A stretch of DNA of 64,000 nt from Candidatus Omnitrophota bacterium. Lineage in GTDB: Bacteria > Omnitrophota > Gorgyraeia > Aquiviventales > Aquiviventaceae. Location of the stretch: positions 29,287 to 93,286 of the forward strand of contig JACQRB010000023.1 in NCBI GenBank assembly GCA_016206685.1, read 5' to 3'. Position numbers and translations under genes: made by a program. Positions 38,329 to 47,613 of the stretch are shown one piece after another. The notes beneath the pieces were generated by a model that was given only the letters and a program-made list of their open reading frames with translations, was not told where the DNA came from and searched no databases. Positions within the stretch are counted from its first letter, which is position 1; each line of letters opens with the position of its first letter.

Positions 38329-38751
38329 CTATTTCGCCGGCCGCATCCAATCGAAGCCCATCGCCTCGATTGACATGCGTTCCTCGTCCTTCGGGTTGTA
38401 CTTGTTCGTAATCCAGTACAGGACGATCGCCGGCTTATCGGTGAAGTTGTAATGGCCGTGCCACATTCCCCGCGGAACGAACAGCGCTCCGTCCTTGGCG
38501 CTGCGCTCGGACGAATAGACCCATTCCACCGTGCCGCCCTGCGAGGCCGGCTTGTCGCACAGCCCGAATTTCAGCGCCCCCTTGATGCAGAGCTGGTAGT
38601 CGTCCTGCTGCTGATGGCGGTGCCAGGCCGACATGGCGCCCGGATAAATGACGACCACGTTGATGTCCCCCTGCGGAATTGGAAAGACGTCGCAATACCG
38701 CACCCCGCGGTCGTCTTCATGGAATCGAAGCGGATGTCGCCGAATCTGCAT
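38329..38751 (-). CDS. cupin-fold NDP-4-keto-6-deoxyhexose epimerase/ketoisomerase (RmlC/FdtA/WxcM-like)
   Basis: 140 aa small cupin. HRHQQQDDYQLCIKG has an H-x-H metal/active-site pair followed by a beta-barrel pattern. The size fits FdtA-type 3,4-ketoisomerases better than full-length RmlC. Confidence 0.5.
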   Translation of the reverse strand: MQIRRHPLRFHEDDRGVRYCDVFPIPQGDINVVVIYPGAMSAWHRHQQQDDYQLCIKGALKFGLCDKPASQGGTVEWVYSSERSAKDGALFVPRGMWHGHYNFTDKPAIVLYWITNKYNPKDEERMSIEAMGFDWMRPAK

Positions 38752-38769
38752 GGCCTCCTCGCTGTCTGC

Positions 38770-40608
38770 TCAGCCCGCTGACGAGGACCTCAGAGAGGCC
38801 GCCGGAGCGGACTTGCGTCGATAGATCGTGACCACAGGCCCCTGATGCCGTTGACGCCAGCCATTCACGACCGGCACGCGCTGAAGCCGCGCCACATCAC
38901 ATGTGTACATCACGGGAAATTCCTCATGAAAGCGCACGCCGGGATCGAAACGCGCCACCTCGATGTAGTCGCGTGCCAGGTAGTCCCGAAGCGCCAGGCG
39001 CGCTTGAAGAAACCCTGGCTTATGACAGGGCGGTGCTTCAATCCGGCGCGGCGACTCCTGGTCAAACAGATCCAGATCAAAATAGCCGCTCGTCACGACG
39101 TACTCAGGCCGCATCCGATCCAGCGCGTCCGGCGCAGCCGTGAAGACCTTGGTCAGCGCGAAGGCCGCGGCTGGCGGGTGGGCCTGTGCCAGCGCCAAAC
39201 GCATCTGCGCCAGCCGTCCAAGGCCGCCGCGTGCCTCGACCTGCATGAGTTCCTGCGCTAAGACGTCAGCCCGCCCTGGCAAGGTTGGTCCCAGCCACAT
39301 GTCCGCATAGCGGGCTCCCTCGACGACGATGTGCGCTCCCGACGGGACATTCGCCTGCACCCACGCACGGGCCAGCGTCCGGGTATCAGGACGCCGGGTG
39401 AGGGCAATCAGCCGGACGTCGTCAACCACGCTCGGCCAGAGGCACAGGCCCGCCAACCCCACCAAGCATACGCGGCGCGCCGGCGTCGGCGAGGAGAGGA
39501 ATGGCGCGGCGACCGTGACGAATCCGACAGCCGCGGTCAGCGCCACCACGGGGACCATCAACGCCAAATAGGTGGGCGACCCCAGGTAGGGCGACAGAAA
39601 GACCAGCAACGCGACCGGATAGGCCAGGAGAAAGACGCCGAGGCGGCGGTGCCGCCACAGCAGCACCGCGCTGCCAACCACCGCCAGGAGCGCCACCGGA
39701 GCGCCCACGACGCCAGGCAGATGCCACAACAGGCGCGTCACGGTCGGCGGAATGGGCTGGTGGAACTCCGCAAACCCGAAGGCCAGATCATGCACGCCGG
39801 CCAGCAGCAAGCGCCGGTCGAGCAGCAGCGAGGGCATCAACGCCACAAACGCCGCCAGGGTCCCTCCCAAGACGACGAGACTGCGCTGAGCCACCACCCG
39901 CCATCGCGCCGAGGGCCGCCCCGTTCCAGACGGCGCGGACCACCAGACCGCCAGCAGCACCGGCGCAAGACCGAGGACCGCCGTATATTTGAAGGCGCTG
40001 GCGGCTCCAATCCAGACCCCCGCCCAGAGCGCGAGCGACAGGGGTTTCATGCGACCGCCGGCCAATCCAGCCAGTTGAGCGGCGCACCCCAGAGCCGCCA
40101 ACACGCCGAACAGCGCGGGTAAGTCCTCTTTGAATCGCATCACCATGGTCAGCGGCAAGACGGACCAGCCGGTCCAGGCCGCGGCGATCAGCCCCACGAC
40201 GGGGGAACGGAGCCGGCAGCCGAGCCACCACGTCATCACGATCACTCCAAGACCTGAGACGAGAACGGTCAGGCGGCCGAGCAGAAAAAAGATCGTGGGA
40301 TCCCGCAGATACAGCCAGGCGAGATCTATCGGCGCCTGCATAGAGCCGAGGGCATGCTGCACGAGATAGAGGAGGCCGAATTCTACGACGAGCAGAATAG
40401 GAAGCCCCATGCCGTGCCGCAAGCCGAACGGCTGCAAGACGCCGCTGCCCATGCGGAGAGCGGTTTCAATGAAATTGACTTCGTCGCCGCCATGAAGGCG
40501 ATCCACCTGCGGTAATGCGCCGGCCAGATACAACGCCAACGCGACGATCAGGATGACGCCTAACCAGACCCGTTGGGCCCATCGGCTCGCGTGCTCGATT
40601 CCGGTCAT
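38770..40608 (-). CDS. GT-C fold membrane glycosyltransferase (GT39/ArnT-like), paralog 1
   Basis: 612 aa. It has approximately 11 N-terminal TM segments and a soluble C-terminal domain. It is paralogous to 40605..42356 and 53183..54859 (shared FTDPTLFFL / DPTIFFLLGR block). Confidence 0.7.
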   Translation of the reverse strand: MTGIEHASRWAQRVWLGVILIVALALYLAGALPQVDRLHGGDEVNFIETALRMGSGVLQPFGLRHGMGLPILLVVEFGLLYLVQHALGSMQAPIDLAWLYLRDPTIFFLLGRLTVLVSGLGVIVMTWWLGCRLRSPVVGLIAAAWTGWSVLPLTMVMRFKEDLPALFGVLAALGCAAQLAGLAGGRMKPLSLALWAGVWIGAASAFKYTAVLGLAPVLLAVWWSAPSGTGRPSARWRVVAQRSLVVLGGTLAAFVALMPSLLLDRRLLLAGVHDLAFGFAEFHQPIPPTVTRLLWHLPGVVGAPVALLAVVGSAVLLWRHRRLGVFLLAYPVALLVFLSPYLGSPTYLALMVPVVALTAAVGFVTVAAPFLSSPTPARRVCLVGLAGLCLWPSVVDDVRLIALTRRPDTRTLARAWVQANVPSGAHIVVEGARYADMWLGPTLPGRADVLAQELMQVEARGGLGRLAQMRLALAQAHPPAAAFALTKVFTAAPDALDRMRPEYVVTSGYFDLDLFDQESPRRIEAPPCHKPGFLQARLALRDYLARDYIEVARFDPGVRFHEEFPVMYTCDVARLQRVPVVNGWRQRHQGPVVTIYRRKSAPAASLRSSSAG

Positions 40609-42356
40609 GGCCGGGCCGCCAACTCATAAATCTGCAGGTACTCTTCTCTGGCGCGCATGAGCGGCACGATATCCACCCATGGTCCACGGAATTCCTGCAG
40701 GAGCCGGCAGTGTTGCCGAACCTGCTCGATGTAGCGCACCTGCGAGGGAAAATTGTGCGGCTCGGCCAGGTACTCGTCAACGCTGCTCTCCAGGATGAAA
40801 TACCGCACGCCCTCCTGCGCCTGGCCGGCGAAATCGAAATCTTCTGGATCGTACTCCCCCATGGAGGGAAACCGCAGGTAGATCACGTCGTAGGTCGCAG
40901 CAAACGCGGACTGGTGGCGCAGCAGGCGCCGGAGCCGCTCGCCGCGGCCCATCCGCTTGCGCTCGATCTCCTCCAGCTGCCGCTGGATGGACACCGCATT
41001 GGGCACGATCGGCAGGTCCGCCATCGTGACGATTTTTGTCCCGGCCGGCAGCGTCGCTTCGATCCAGGTTTTCGCCTGCGTGGCCGGCGGCAGTTGAGCC
41101 GCCCGGCCCAGGAAGGCCAGGCTCTTGGCCAGGGGCGCTGCGAACAGCACGGCGAAGACCGCGGTCACCGCGGCCCCGCGCCACCACGAGGGCCGCAGCG
41201 CGCGGACGACTCCCATGAGCCAATCCACGCCGAGCAGGATCATGAACGGAGCCACCTGGACGAAATACCGGGAGTTGATCAATTGCCACCGGCTCATGTA
41301 CACCAGGATGAACCCGATCATGCCCAGGAAGAGCAGGTCGCGGCGGCTGCGGCGGATCAGCGCATGGAGCACGCCGGCGATGCCCAGCACCGTCAGAGGC
41401 ATGCTCCACCCAAACGGCAGTGCGTCCATGAAGATGAACAACCAGCCGGGCTTCGTGATGCGGGAGCCCGGGGCGGTCAGGGCGCCGTACGCCACGGTGT
41501 CATACAGGAACTTCCAGTCCCGACTGAAACGCCGGATATCAACGATGGTGTACCAAGCCCCCAGCCCATAAGCCAGCCCCATGCAGGCCAGGGCCCCCCA
41601 GAGCCTGGGGTCCTGCCACCACCGCCGGGACTGCGGGCCGCGTGGCGCCAGGATGTGGGCGGTCAGCAGCGGAAACAGCATCAGCGCGCCGTCGTACTTG
41701 GCGGCCGTCGCCAACCCGCCGAGGAACCCGGCGGCCAAGTACTCGCGCCACCCGCCCCCGTCCTGAAAAATCCGCACCACGCACCATACCGACGCCATGA
41801 AGAGACAGAGCATGAACACGGTCGGCACCGCGTAGTGCGCCCAGCGGACCAGCTCGGGAGCACACGCCATCAGGGCCGTGGCAATCAGCGCGGTGCGCTC
41901 GTCAAACAGCCGGCGGGCGATCCGATGGAACAGCACGACGCTGCCCATCGCCATCAGCCACATGAAGGCGCGCGCAATCAGGTAGAACAGCGTGGGGTCG
42001 GTAAAATACAGTTGCTCAAACGCGGCCAGCGAGGGGATCCAGCCGAGCGCCCGTCCGATGACGTAGGCCGCCCCGTAGAAAACGAACAAGACATACGACA
42101 ATAACGGCGGATGGATGAAGAAATGCGGGTTCAGGTCGCCCGTGCCGCACTTCAGCGCCAGTTGGATGTGCTCCTGCTCGATGCCGAGCCGGCTGAACGG
42201 CAAATCTGCGGTCATGCCGTAGCCGAACAGCACGCCGGCGATGCCGAGCACGACCCAGCTCCAGGCGCGCAGGCGCGCAGACGATGCCACACTCGACGGT
42301 TGTCTCCTCACGGGCAGATCCTCTATGTTCTCGCCAGGATGACCAGCCCCAGACAA
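40605..42356 (-). CDS. GT-C fold membrane glycosyltransferase (GT39/ArnT-like), paralog 2
   Basis: DLPFSRLGIEQEHIQLALKCGTGDLNPHFFIHPP...FTDPTLFYLIAR...AAKYDG is closely similar to 53183..54859. It has an ATGA overlap with paralog 1. Confidence 0.75.
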   Translation of the reverse strand: MSGAGHPGENIEDLPVRRQPSSVASSARLRAWSWVVLGIAGVLFGYGMTADLPFSRLGIEQEHIQLALKCGTGDLNPHFFIHPPLLSYVLFVFYGAAYVIGRALGWIPSLAAFEQLYFTDPTLFYLIARAFMWLMAMGSVVLFHRIARRLFDERTALIATALMACAPELVRWAHYAVPTVFMLCLFMASVWCVVRIFQDGGGWREYLAAGFLGGLATAAKYDGALMLFPLLTAHILAPRGPQSRRWWQDPRLWGALACMGLAYGLGAWYTIVDIRRFSRDWKFLYDTVAYGALTAPGSRITKPGWLFIFMDALPFGWSMPLTVLGIAGVLHALIRRSRRDLLFLGMIGFILVYMSRWQLINSRYFVQVAPFMILLGVDWLMGVVRALRPSWWRGAAVTAVFAVLFAAPLAKSLAFLGRAAQLPPATQAKTWIEATLPAGTKIVTMADLPIVPNAVSIQRQLEEIERKRMGRGERLRRLLRHQSAFAATYDVIYLRFPSMGEYDPEDFDFAGQAQEGVRYFILESSVDEYLAEPHNFPSQVRYIEQVRQHCRLLQEFRGPWVDIVPLMRAREEYLQIYELAARP

Positions 42357-42724
42357 ATGACCGCCACACCCAGATAGCGCAGGGGCGGGACGGCTTCATG
42401 CAGAATGACCTGTGAGGCGAGGGTGACCAAGACGAAGCCGAGCGCCCACCAGGGGTAGGCATAGCTCAGCTCCAGACGGGACAGAACCGCCAGCCAGAGA
42501 AAGACGCTCACCGCATAAGCGGCCATCGCCGTCAGGATCAAGGGATTCGTCGCCAAGGACCACACGGTACGCGGAATGGTCCGGAGCTCAAGGCGCATCA
42601 CTCCGAAGGCATTCATCGCAGTTTTTAACAGCAGTTCCCCCACGACCGCAATCACGACTGCGACAAGCATGAGGAGAAGGGAGGTCGTCGTCATGCCGTT
42701 GCGACTGATGAGAATGTTCGTCAT
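42323..42724 (-). CDS. small 4-TM EamA/SMR-like transporter subunit (ArnE/ArnF-like polyprenol-phosphate-sugar flippase component)
   Basis: 133 aa with four hydrophobic helices. It sits immediately upstream of and overlapping the GT-C genes. Confidence 0.55.
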   Translation of the reverse strand: MTNILISRNGMTTTSLLLMLVAVVIAVVGELLLKTAMNAFGVMRLELRTIPRTVWSLATNPLILTAMAAYAVSVFLWLAVLSRLELSYAYPWWALGFVLVTLASQVILHEAVPPLRYLGVAVICLGLVILART

Positions 42725-43749
42725 GAGATCGCTCGGGGGCGGCGATGGACCGGAGGCGCTGGTCGGCCGGCTGACGTCCGTTTCGATTCGCTCGTGACCC
42801 GCTCAAGATCGGCGTCAACCAGAAGCCGAACGAGCTCTGGGAAGGCCGTCGTCGGCTCCCAGCCAAGGCGCGCCCGGGCTTTTGAGGCATCGCCAACCGA
42901 GACGAAGGTGTCGGCGGGACGATAGAGCGCCGGATCAACGTCCACGTAGTCTTCCCAACGCAGCCCCTTGTAGGAAAACGCCTCCTGAAGGAACTCACGA
43001 ATGCTGTGGGTCTGGCCCGTCGCAACGACGTAGTCGCCGGCTTCCGGCTGCTGGAGCATGCGCCACATCGCCTCGACGTACTCCTTCGCGTAGCCCCAGT
43101 CGCGCTTCACCTCGAGGTTGCCCAAACTGAGTTTCTGCTGGCGACCGGCCAGGATGTTCGCGAGCCCCCAGGTGATCTTGCGCGTCACAAACGAGAGGCC
43201 CCGTCGAGGGGACTCATGGTTAAAACAAATCCCGCTGCACGCAAAAATGCCATAGGTCGTGCGCGCATGCTGCGTAAACCAGTGGGCGAACAGTTTCGCC
43301 GCCCCATACGGATTCTGCGGATGACACGGCGTGGTCTCCTGCTGGGGCGACTCCGTCGTATTGCCGAACATCTCGCTGCTGGAGGCTTGATAGAACTTCG
43401 CCGGGATTTTGTTGACGCGAATCGCCTCCAGCAGCCGCACCGCCCCTACGGCCGTCACGTTGACGGTATGCTCCGGCTGCTCGAAGCTGAGCGACACGAC
43501 GCTCTGCGCGGCGAGGTTATAGACCTCATCGGGCCGGATGGTCCGGAGCAATTGGGTGAGCACGTTGCCGTCCGTCAGGTCTCCGAGATGCAACACCAGC
43601 CGATCCGAGGGCTTGAAGGGACTCGCTTCAAGCGACGCGGGCCGCCGGATGAGCCCGTGGACTTCATAGCCCTTCTCCAGGAGCAGCTCCGCCAAGTAGG
43701 AGCCGTCCTGCCCCGTGATCCCTGTAATCAGTGCACGGCGGGTCGTCAT
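42721..43749 (-). CDS. gmd: GDP-mannose 4,6-dehydratase (Gmd), copy 1
   Basis: The internal start [32 protein letters not shown] is a near-invariant Gmd N-terminus. ASSSEMFG and NPYGAAK are also present. Confidence 0.85.
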   Translation of the reverse strand: MTTRRALITGITGQDGSYLAELLLEKGYEVHGLIRRPASLEASPFKPSDRLVLHLGDLTDGNVLTQLLRTIRPDEVYNLAAQSVVSLSFEQPEHTVNVTAVGAVRLLEAIRVNKIPAKFYQASSSEMFGNTTESPQQETTPCHPQNPYGAAKLFAHWFTQHARTTYGIFACSGICFNHESPRRGLSFVTRKITWGLANILAGRQQKLSLGNLEVKRDWGYAKEYVEAMWRMLQQPEAGDYVVATGQTHSIREFLQEAFSYKGLRWEDYVDVDPALYRPADTFVSVGDASKARARLGWEPTTAFPELVRLLVDADLERVTSESKRTSAGRPAPPVHRRPRAIS

Positions 43750-43789
43750 GATGCACCCCGGCCGACGGCGATCCGATGCACGCCCACCA

Positions 43790-44845
43790 TCACAGGCTTT
43801 CAAGATCAACCCATCGCCCCGTCGCATCCGCCTTGCGAGCGGCGTCCAAGAGGCACTGGACTCGATACCCGTCTTCCAACGTGGGAGCGCTTGGGGTTCC
43901 TGATTGGACCCAGTTCACAAAGCGTTCGACTAATCGCCCAACCGCAACGATCCGGCCATCTCCCTCCGGGAGATCCTGGCTCTGTGTCTGAATCGCCTCC
44001 AAACGATTCTGCTCCCTCCTCCCCTGCAGCAATCTGAACCCCTTCACGTAGTCTGAGGTCGGATTCTCCAGCACAAGAGTTCCCTGCTCGGCGTAGATCT
44101 CCACGCGATGGCCGCTCCCCAGATAGGCATGGGTACTCACCGTGACACCAACCGGGGTGCCGTCATGAAGCACCAGGCAGATCATCGCGAGCTGATCCCC
44201 CCGCTCGACAGACGCGTCCCGATCAGACCTAAACAGATGCGCAGAGATTTTCTGGACGGGTCCCAAGAGCCATTCCACATAATAGAAGATATGGGAGCCA
44301 AAGGCGTTCAAAGCGCCGCCGCCTGCTTGCTGACGGACTTTCCATGTGTCACGCCCCATCCGAGCCGCGGACGTCTCCACCTGCCAGGAGACGGTGACAT
44401 AGCGCACGCGACCCAGCGCTCCGCTCGCCAGGAGCGTCTTTGCACGCATCCACGTCTCTGTGGATGGAAACTCAAAATCGACCATGTGAGCGACTCCGGC
44501 TCCTTGGGCGGCTCGTAGCATCTCAGCGGCTCTCCCACACGTTGTGGCCACGGGTTTCTCGCAGAAGACGTGCTTGCGACGAGCGCAGGCCGCCACGGCG
44601 ATCTCCGGCTGAATCGAAGGCGGGGTGGCGATCGCCACCGCGTCGAGTGTCTCGTCCAGCATCATGGCCCGCCAATCTCCGTAGGCGTTCGGGATGCCCA
44701 GACGGCCGGCGACGTGCTGTGCCCGTTCGAGGGTACTCGCGCACAGGGCCACCACCCGACATCGGGGGTCGGACTGAAAGGCGGGAACCAGCACCTGTTG
44801 ACCAAATCCGATCCCCACCACACCCACCGTGACTCGACGGCTCAA
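43790..44845 (-). CDS. Gfo/Idh/MocA-family NAD(P)-dependent sugar oxidoreductase
   Basis: The N-terminal VGVVGIGFGQQ is a Rossmann motif. The EKP motif is in HVFCEKPVA. Confidence 0.7.
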   Translation of the reverse strand: MSRRVTVGVVGIGFGQQVLVPAFQSDPRCRVVALCASTLERAQHVAGRLGIPNAYGDWRAMMLDETLDAVAIATPPSIQPEIAVAACARRKHVFCEKPVATTCGRAAEMLRAAQGAGVAHMVDFEFPSTETWMRAKTLLASGALGRVRYVTVSWQVETSAARMGRDTWKVRQQAGGGALNAFGSHIFYYVEWLLGPVQKISAHLFRSDRDASVERGDQLAMICLVLHDGTPVGVTVSTHAYLGSGHRVEIYAEQGTLVLENPTSDYVKGFRLLQGRREQNRLEAIQTQSQDLPEGDGRIVAVGRLVERFVNWVQSGTPSAPTLEDGYRVQCLLDAARKADATGRWVDLESL

Positions 44846-46104
44846 ATCTTTCCTCCCTTGCCGAAGAAATTCCAGACATCCACCACGGGCTTGCCCTTCG
44901 TATCAAGATTCCGGTACGCATCATGGGGGACGCACAGAATGAGCAGATCGCTCTTGGAGATGACGTCGTCCAACGGGACGATGTCCGGATCCCCCTGCAC
45001 AAACGGACTGGTGGTCAGCACGCGCTTCGCGTGGAACAACAGCGCCTTCTTCAACTTATAACTCAAGGAGGCCCGGGGGTCATCACTGTTGGCTTTGAAC
45101 GCCATCCCTAACAGCCCCACGGTCATGGTGGACAATCCATACTGTTTAGCCAGTTGCTGGACCACATAGAGGGGTAAGCCCTCATTGATCCACATGGCCA
45201 TACTGCCCAATTGAAACTGATTGTTGGAGAATCCGGTGAGCTGCATCGTGTCTTTGAAGAGGCAGGGCCCAGCCGCAAAGCCCGCGCCCGGCAGATCCCG
45301 CATCCGTGAATAATTGGCCTTCAGGCCCGCCAAGATGCGGTAATAGTCGAGACCGGCGGAGTTCGCGATCATGTAGAACTCGTTGGCCACGGCGAATTGG
45401 ATATAGCGATAGGCGTTGCAGAACAACTTGGCGAATTCAGCCTCCATCGGACGCAGGCGCACGATCAGAGGAGCGAGTTGTGAGAAAAACTCCGCGGCGC
45501 GATCTTCCGCGTCCTGAGTCGTCCCGCTGACAATCTGTGGAAGTTGCCGGAGCTCCTGGATCGCATAACCCTGGACGATCCGCTCAGGACAGAACGCCAA
45601 TTGAGGACGCTTCCCATGAGACCGGAGATACCGGTGCAGCCAGTCCGTGGTTCCTGGATAGACGGTGGAACGCAGGATGACCAGTTGATGATCGGACAGG
45701 CGGGGCAACAGCGGTTCAAACGCACGGATCATGCTTTTCAAGGCGGGGTTGAGGAACTCGTCAATGGGAGTCCCGATCGTCACGATGATGATGGGCACGC
45801 CGGCGAGATCGTCGGGATTGGTGGAGGAAAAAGACAGCCGTTTCTTGGCCAACGCGTCTTTCAGGAGCGGCCCGGCCCCGTGCTCCAGGAAGGGCATCGT
45901 CCCTCGCTTGATTCCATTGAGCGCGCGCCCATTCACATCGTACAGCAAGACCTGTTGTCCCTGACTGGCGAGGACGAGCGCCAGCGGCAACCCCACGTGC
46001 CCGGCCCCGCCGACGATGCACACGTCCGCGTGGCGACGACTTGCCGCACGCTGGGGCCGGCGTTGGCGCGACCCCGGCCGCGTCACGGGCTGAATGGTCG
46101 GCAT
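44842..46104 (-). CDS. nucleotide-sugar 6-dehydrogenase family (UDP-glucose/UDP-ManNAc/GDP-mannose dehydrogenase-like)
   Basis: VCIVGGAGHVGLPLA is the NAD-binding motif. The catalytic Cys context is GFAAGPCLFKD. The start is internal at MPTIQP. Confidence 0.75.
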   Translation of the reverse strand: MPTIQPVTRPGSRQRRPQRAASRRHADVCIVGGAGHVGLPLALVLASQGQQVLLYDVNGRALNGIKRGTMPFLEHGAGPLLKDALAKKRLSFSSTNPDDLAGVPIIIVTIGTPIDEFLNPALKSMIRAFEPLLPRLSDHQLVILRSTVYPGTTDWLHRYLRSHGKRPQLAFCPERIVQGYAIQELRQLPQIVSGTTQDAEDRAAEFFSQLAPLIVRLRPMEAEFAKLFCNAYRYIQFAVANEFYMIANSAGLDYYRILAGLKANYSRMRDLPGAGFAAGPCLFKDTMQLTGFSNNQFQLGSMAMWINEGLPLYVVQQLAKQYGLSTMTVGLLGMAFKANSDDPRASLSYKLKKALLFHAKRVLTTSPFVQGDPDIVPLDDVISKSDLLILCVPHDAYRNLDTKGKPVVDVWNFFGKGGKI

Positions 46105-46820
46105 GGCTTGATCCCTCGGGTGAGGACAAACGCCCGGTACGGCCTGACAAGGTGTGATGAGAATAAGAGGGCATCGAGCGCGTTGTAGACCGGCAGCGCC
46201 CATCGCAGGCTGGACGAGGCGATAGAGCGGTACTGCGCCATGCAGTAGTCCGTCGAGACGTCAAACCCTGCCGCAGCGAACACGCCGGCGATCTGCCGGG
46301 CGATGATCGGCCGCTCATTAGGCGTGACGCCGTTCTGGCTGTAGAACGGCGAGGTGGGGTCCCGGTAGAGCCACATGAACGGATTGCGCCGATTGGGGTC
46401 GAATGCGACAAAAACGCCGCCGGGCTTCAAGACCCGGAAGCATTCCCGCGCGAACAGCCGCGGGTCTGGCAGATGGTGGATGATTCCGCTCAGCAGCAAG
46501 CCGTCCATGGACTCGGTTCGCAGCGGCAGCGATTCCACATCGCCCACCATAAAAGCCACGTGCGGATTGTGCTGCCGGCCGACCGTGACGAGCGACTGGT
46601 TGAGATCCAGCCCGAGAGCCGTGAGCCCTTCCTCGCGCAACAACCGGGTGAACACGCCGGAACCGCACCCGAGATCGGCGACGCGCGCTCCGGGCGTGAG
46701 CCTGCTCAGGTCAATGCAGCGGCGGATCATCCGTCGGTTGCTCTTCTCGGTGAACACGTTGTATTCACCGCCTGAGGCGTATGCCGAAAAGCACGCGACT
46801 TCCTTCGCTTTATCCTGCAT
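46083..46820 (-). CDS. class I SAM-dependent methyltransferase
   Basis: VADLGCGSGVFT (motif I) and VLKPGGVFVAFD are present. Confidence 0.7.
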   Translation of the reverse strand: MQDKAKEVACFSAYASGGEYNVFTEKSNRRMIRRCIDLSRLTPGARVADLGCGSGVFTRLLREEGLTALGLDLNQSLVTVGRQHNPHVAFMVGDVESLPLRTESMDGLLLSGIIHHLPDPRLFARECFRVLKPGGVFVAFDPNRRNPFMWLYRDPTSPFYSQNGVTPNERPIIARQIAGVFAAAGFDVSTDYCMAQYRSIASSSLRWALPVYNALDALLFSSHLVRPYRAFVLTRGIKPCRPFSP

Positions 46821-47613
46821 GGCACGAGCTCGCCTGGCGAGCGGAAGCCGCGGCCTCATGCGGGGTCGGCGCCCCTTTCGCGTCCGTCCTCAGCGCCACG
46901 GAAGCCGCCGTGCGCCGCGCGTACGTCGTGGCGAATGCGTAGCCGTACCAGCGCAGGTACGCGGGCAGCCACCGGATGACTTGGAACCGGCTCGCTCCTG
47001 TGGGACGGGCAAACCACGCCGCCGGGACTTCACCGACCTTCCACCTCAGCCGATGGCACTTGACCAGCAATTCGATGCTGTAGGTAAACCCTTGGGTGGA
47101 TTCAATCGCAATCGTCTCGAGGACGCGGCGCGAAAAGAGCCGCAGGCCGTTGCTGGCGTCACGCGTCGGCACACCGGCCAGGTGGTATAACGTGAAGGCC
47201 GAGACGCGCACGAGGAGATCTTTGAGCCAGGGACAACCGACCATTCGTCCCCCAGGCATCAACCGGCTGGCCGACACGATCCGGCAGCCGGCCTCACACT
47301 GTTGGACCATCTGATCAATGATCCCCGCGTTATAGGTATCATCGGCAGGATACACCAACACCGCGGGTGCGGCACTCGCCTCAAAACCCGACAGCACCGC
47401 CGCGTGCGGACCGACCCCGCGATTTTTGACGAGGAGCACATCACCGTCCGGGTGCGGAGCCTCGCGTAACGCCGCCAGCGTGGTATCGCCGTCGTGGTCG
47501 TAGCAGATGAGCACGCGAAACGACGTCCGCACCCCGCGGCGCAACGAGTCCAACACCGCCAGGATGCCGCGACCTTCATTGTAGACTGGGATCACGATAT
47601 CCAGCCGGGTCAT
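46810..47613 (-). CDS. GT2 glycosyltransferase (DPM1-like polyprenol-phosphate sugar synthase)
   Basis: LDIVIPVYNEGRGI...VLICYDHDGDTT...YPADDTYN are GT2 motifs. Confidence 0.7.
   Translation of the reverse strand: MTRLDIVIPVYNEGRGILAVLDSLRRGVRTSFRVLICYDHDGDTTLAALREAPHPDGDVLLVKNRGVGPHAAVLSGFEASAAPAVLVYPADDTYNAGIIDQMVQQCEAGCRIVSASRLMPGGRMVGCPWLKDLLVRVSAFTLYHLAGVPTRDASNGLRLFSRRVLETIAIESTQGFTYSIELLVKCHRLRWKVGEVPAAWFARPTGASRFQVIRWLPAYLRWYGYAFATTYARRTAASVALRTDAKGAPTPHEAAASARQASSCHAG

Noticed and set aside
40710-42104. 464-aa plus-strand ORF
   Set aside because: It is antisense to GT-C paralog 2 and is His/Arg/Pro/Gln-rich low-complexity sequence. It is an artefact.
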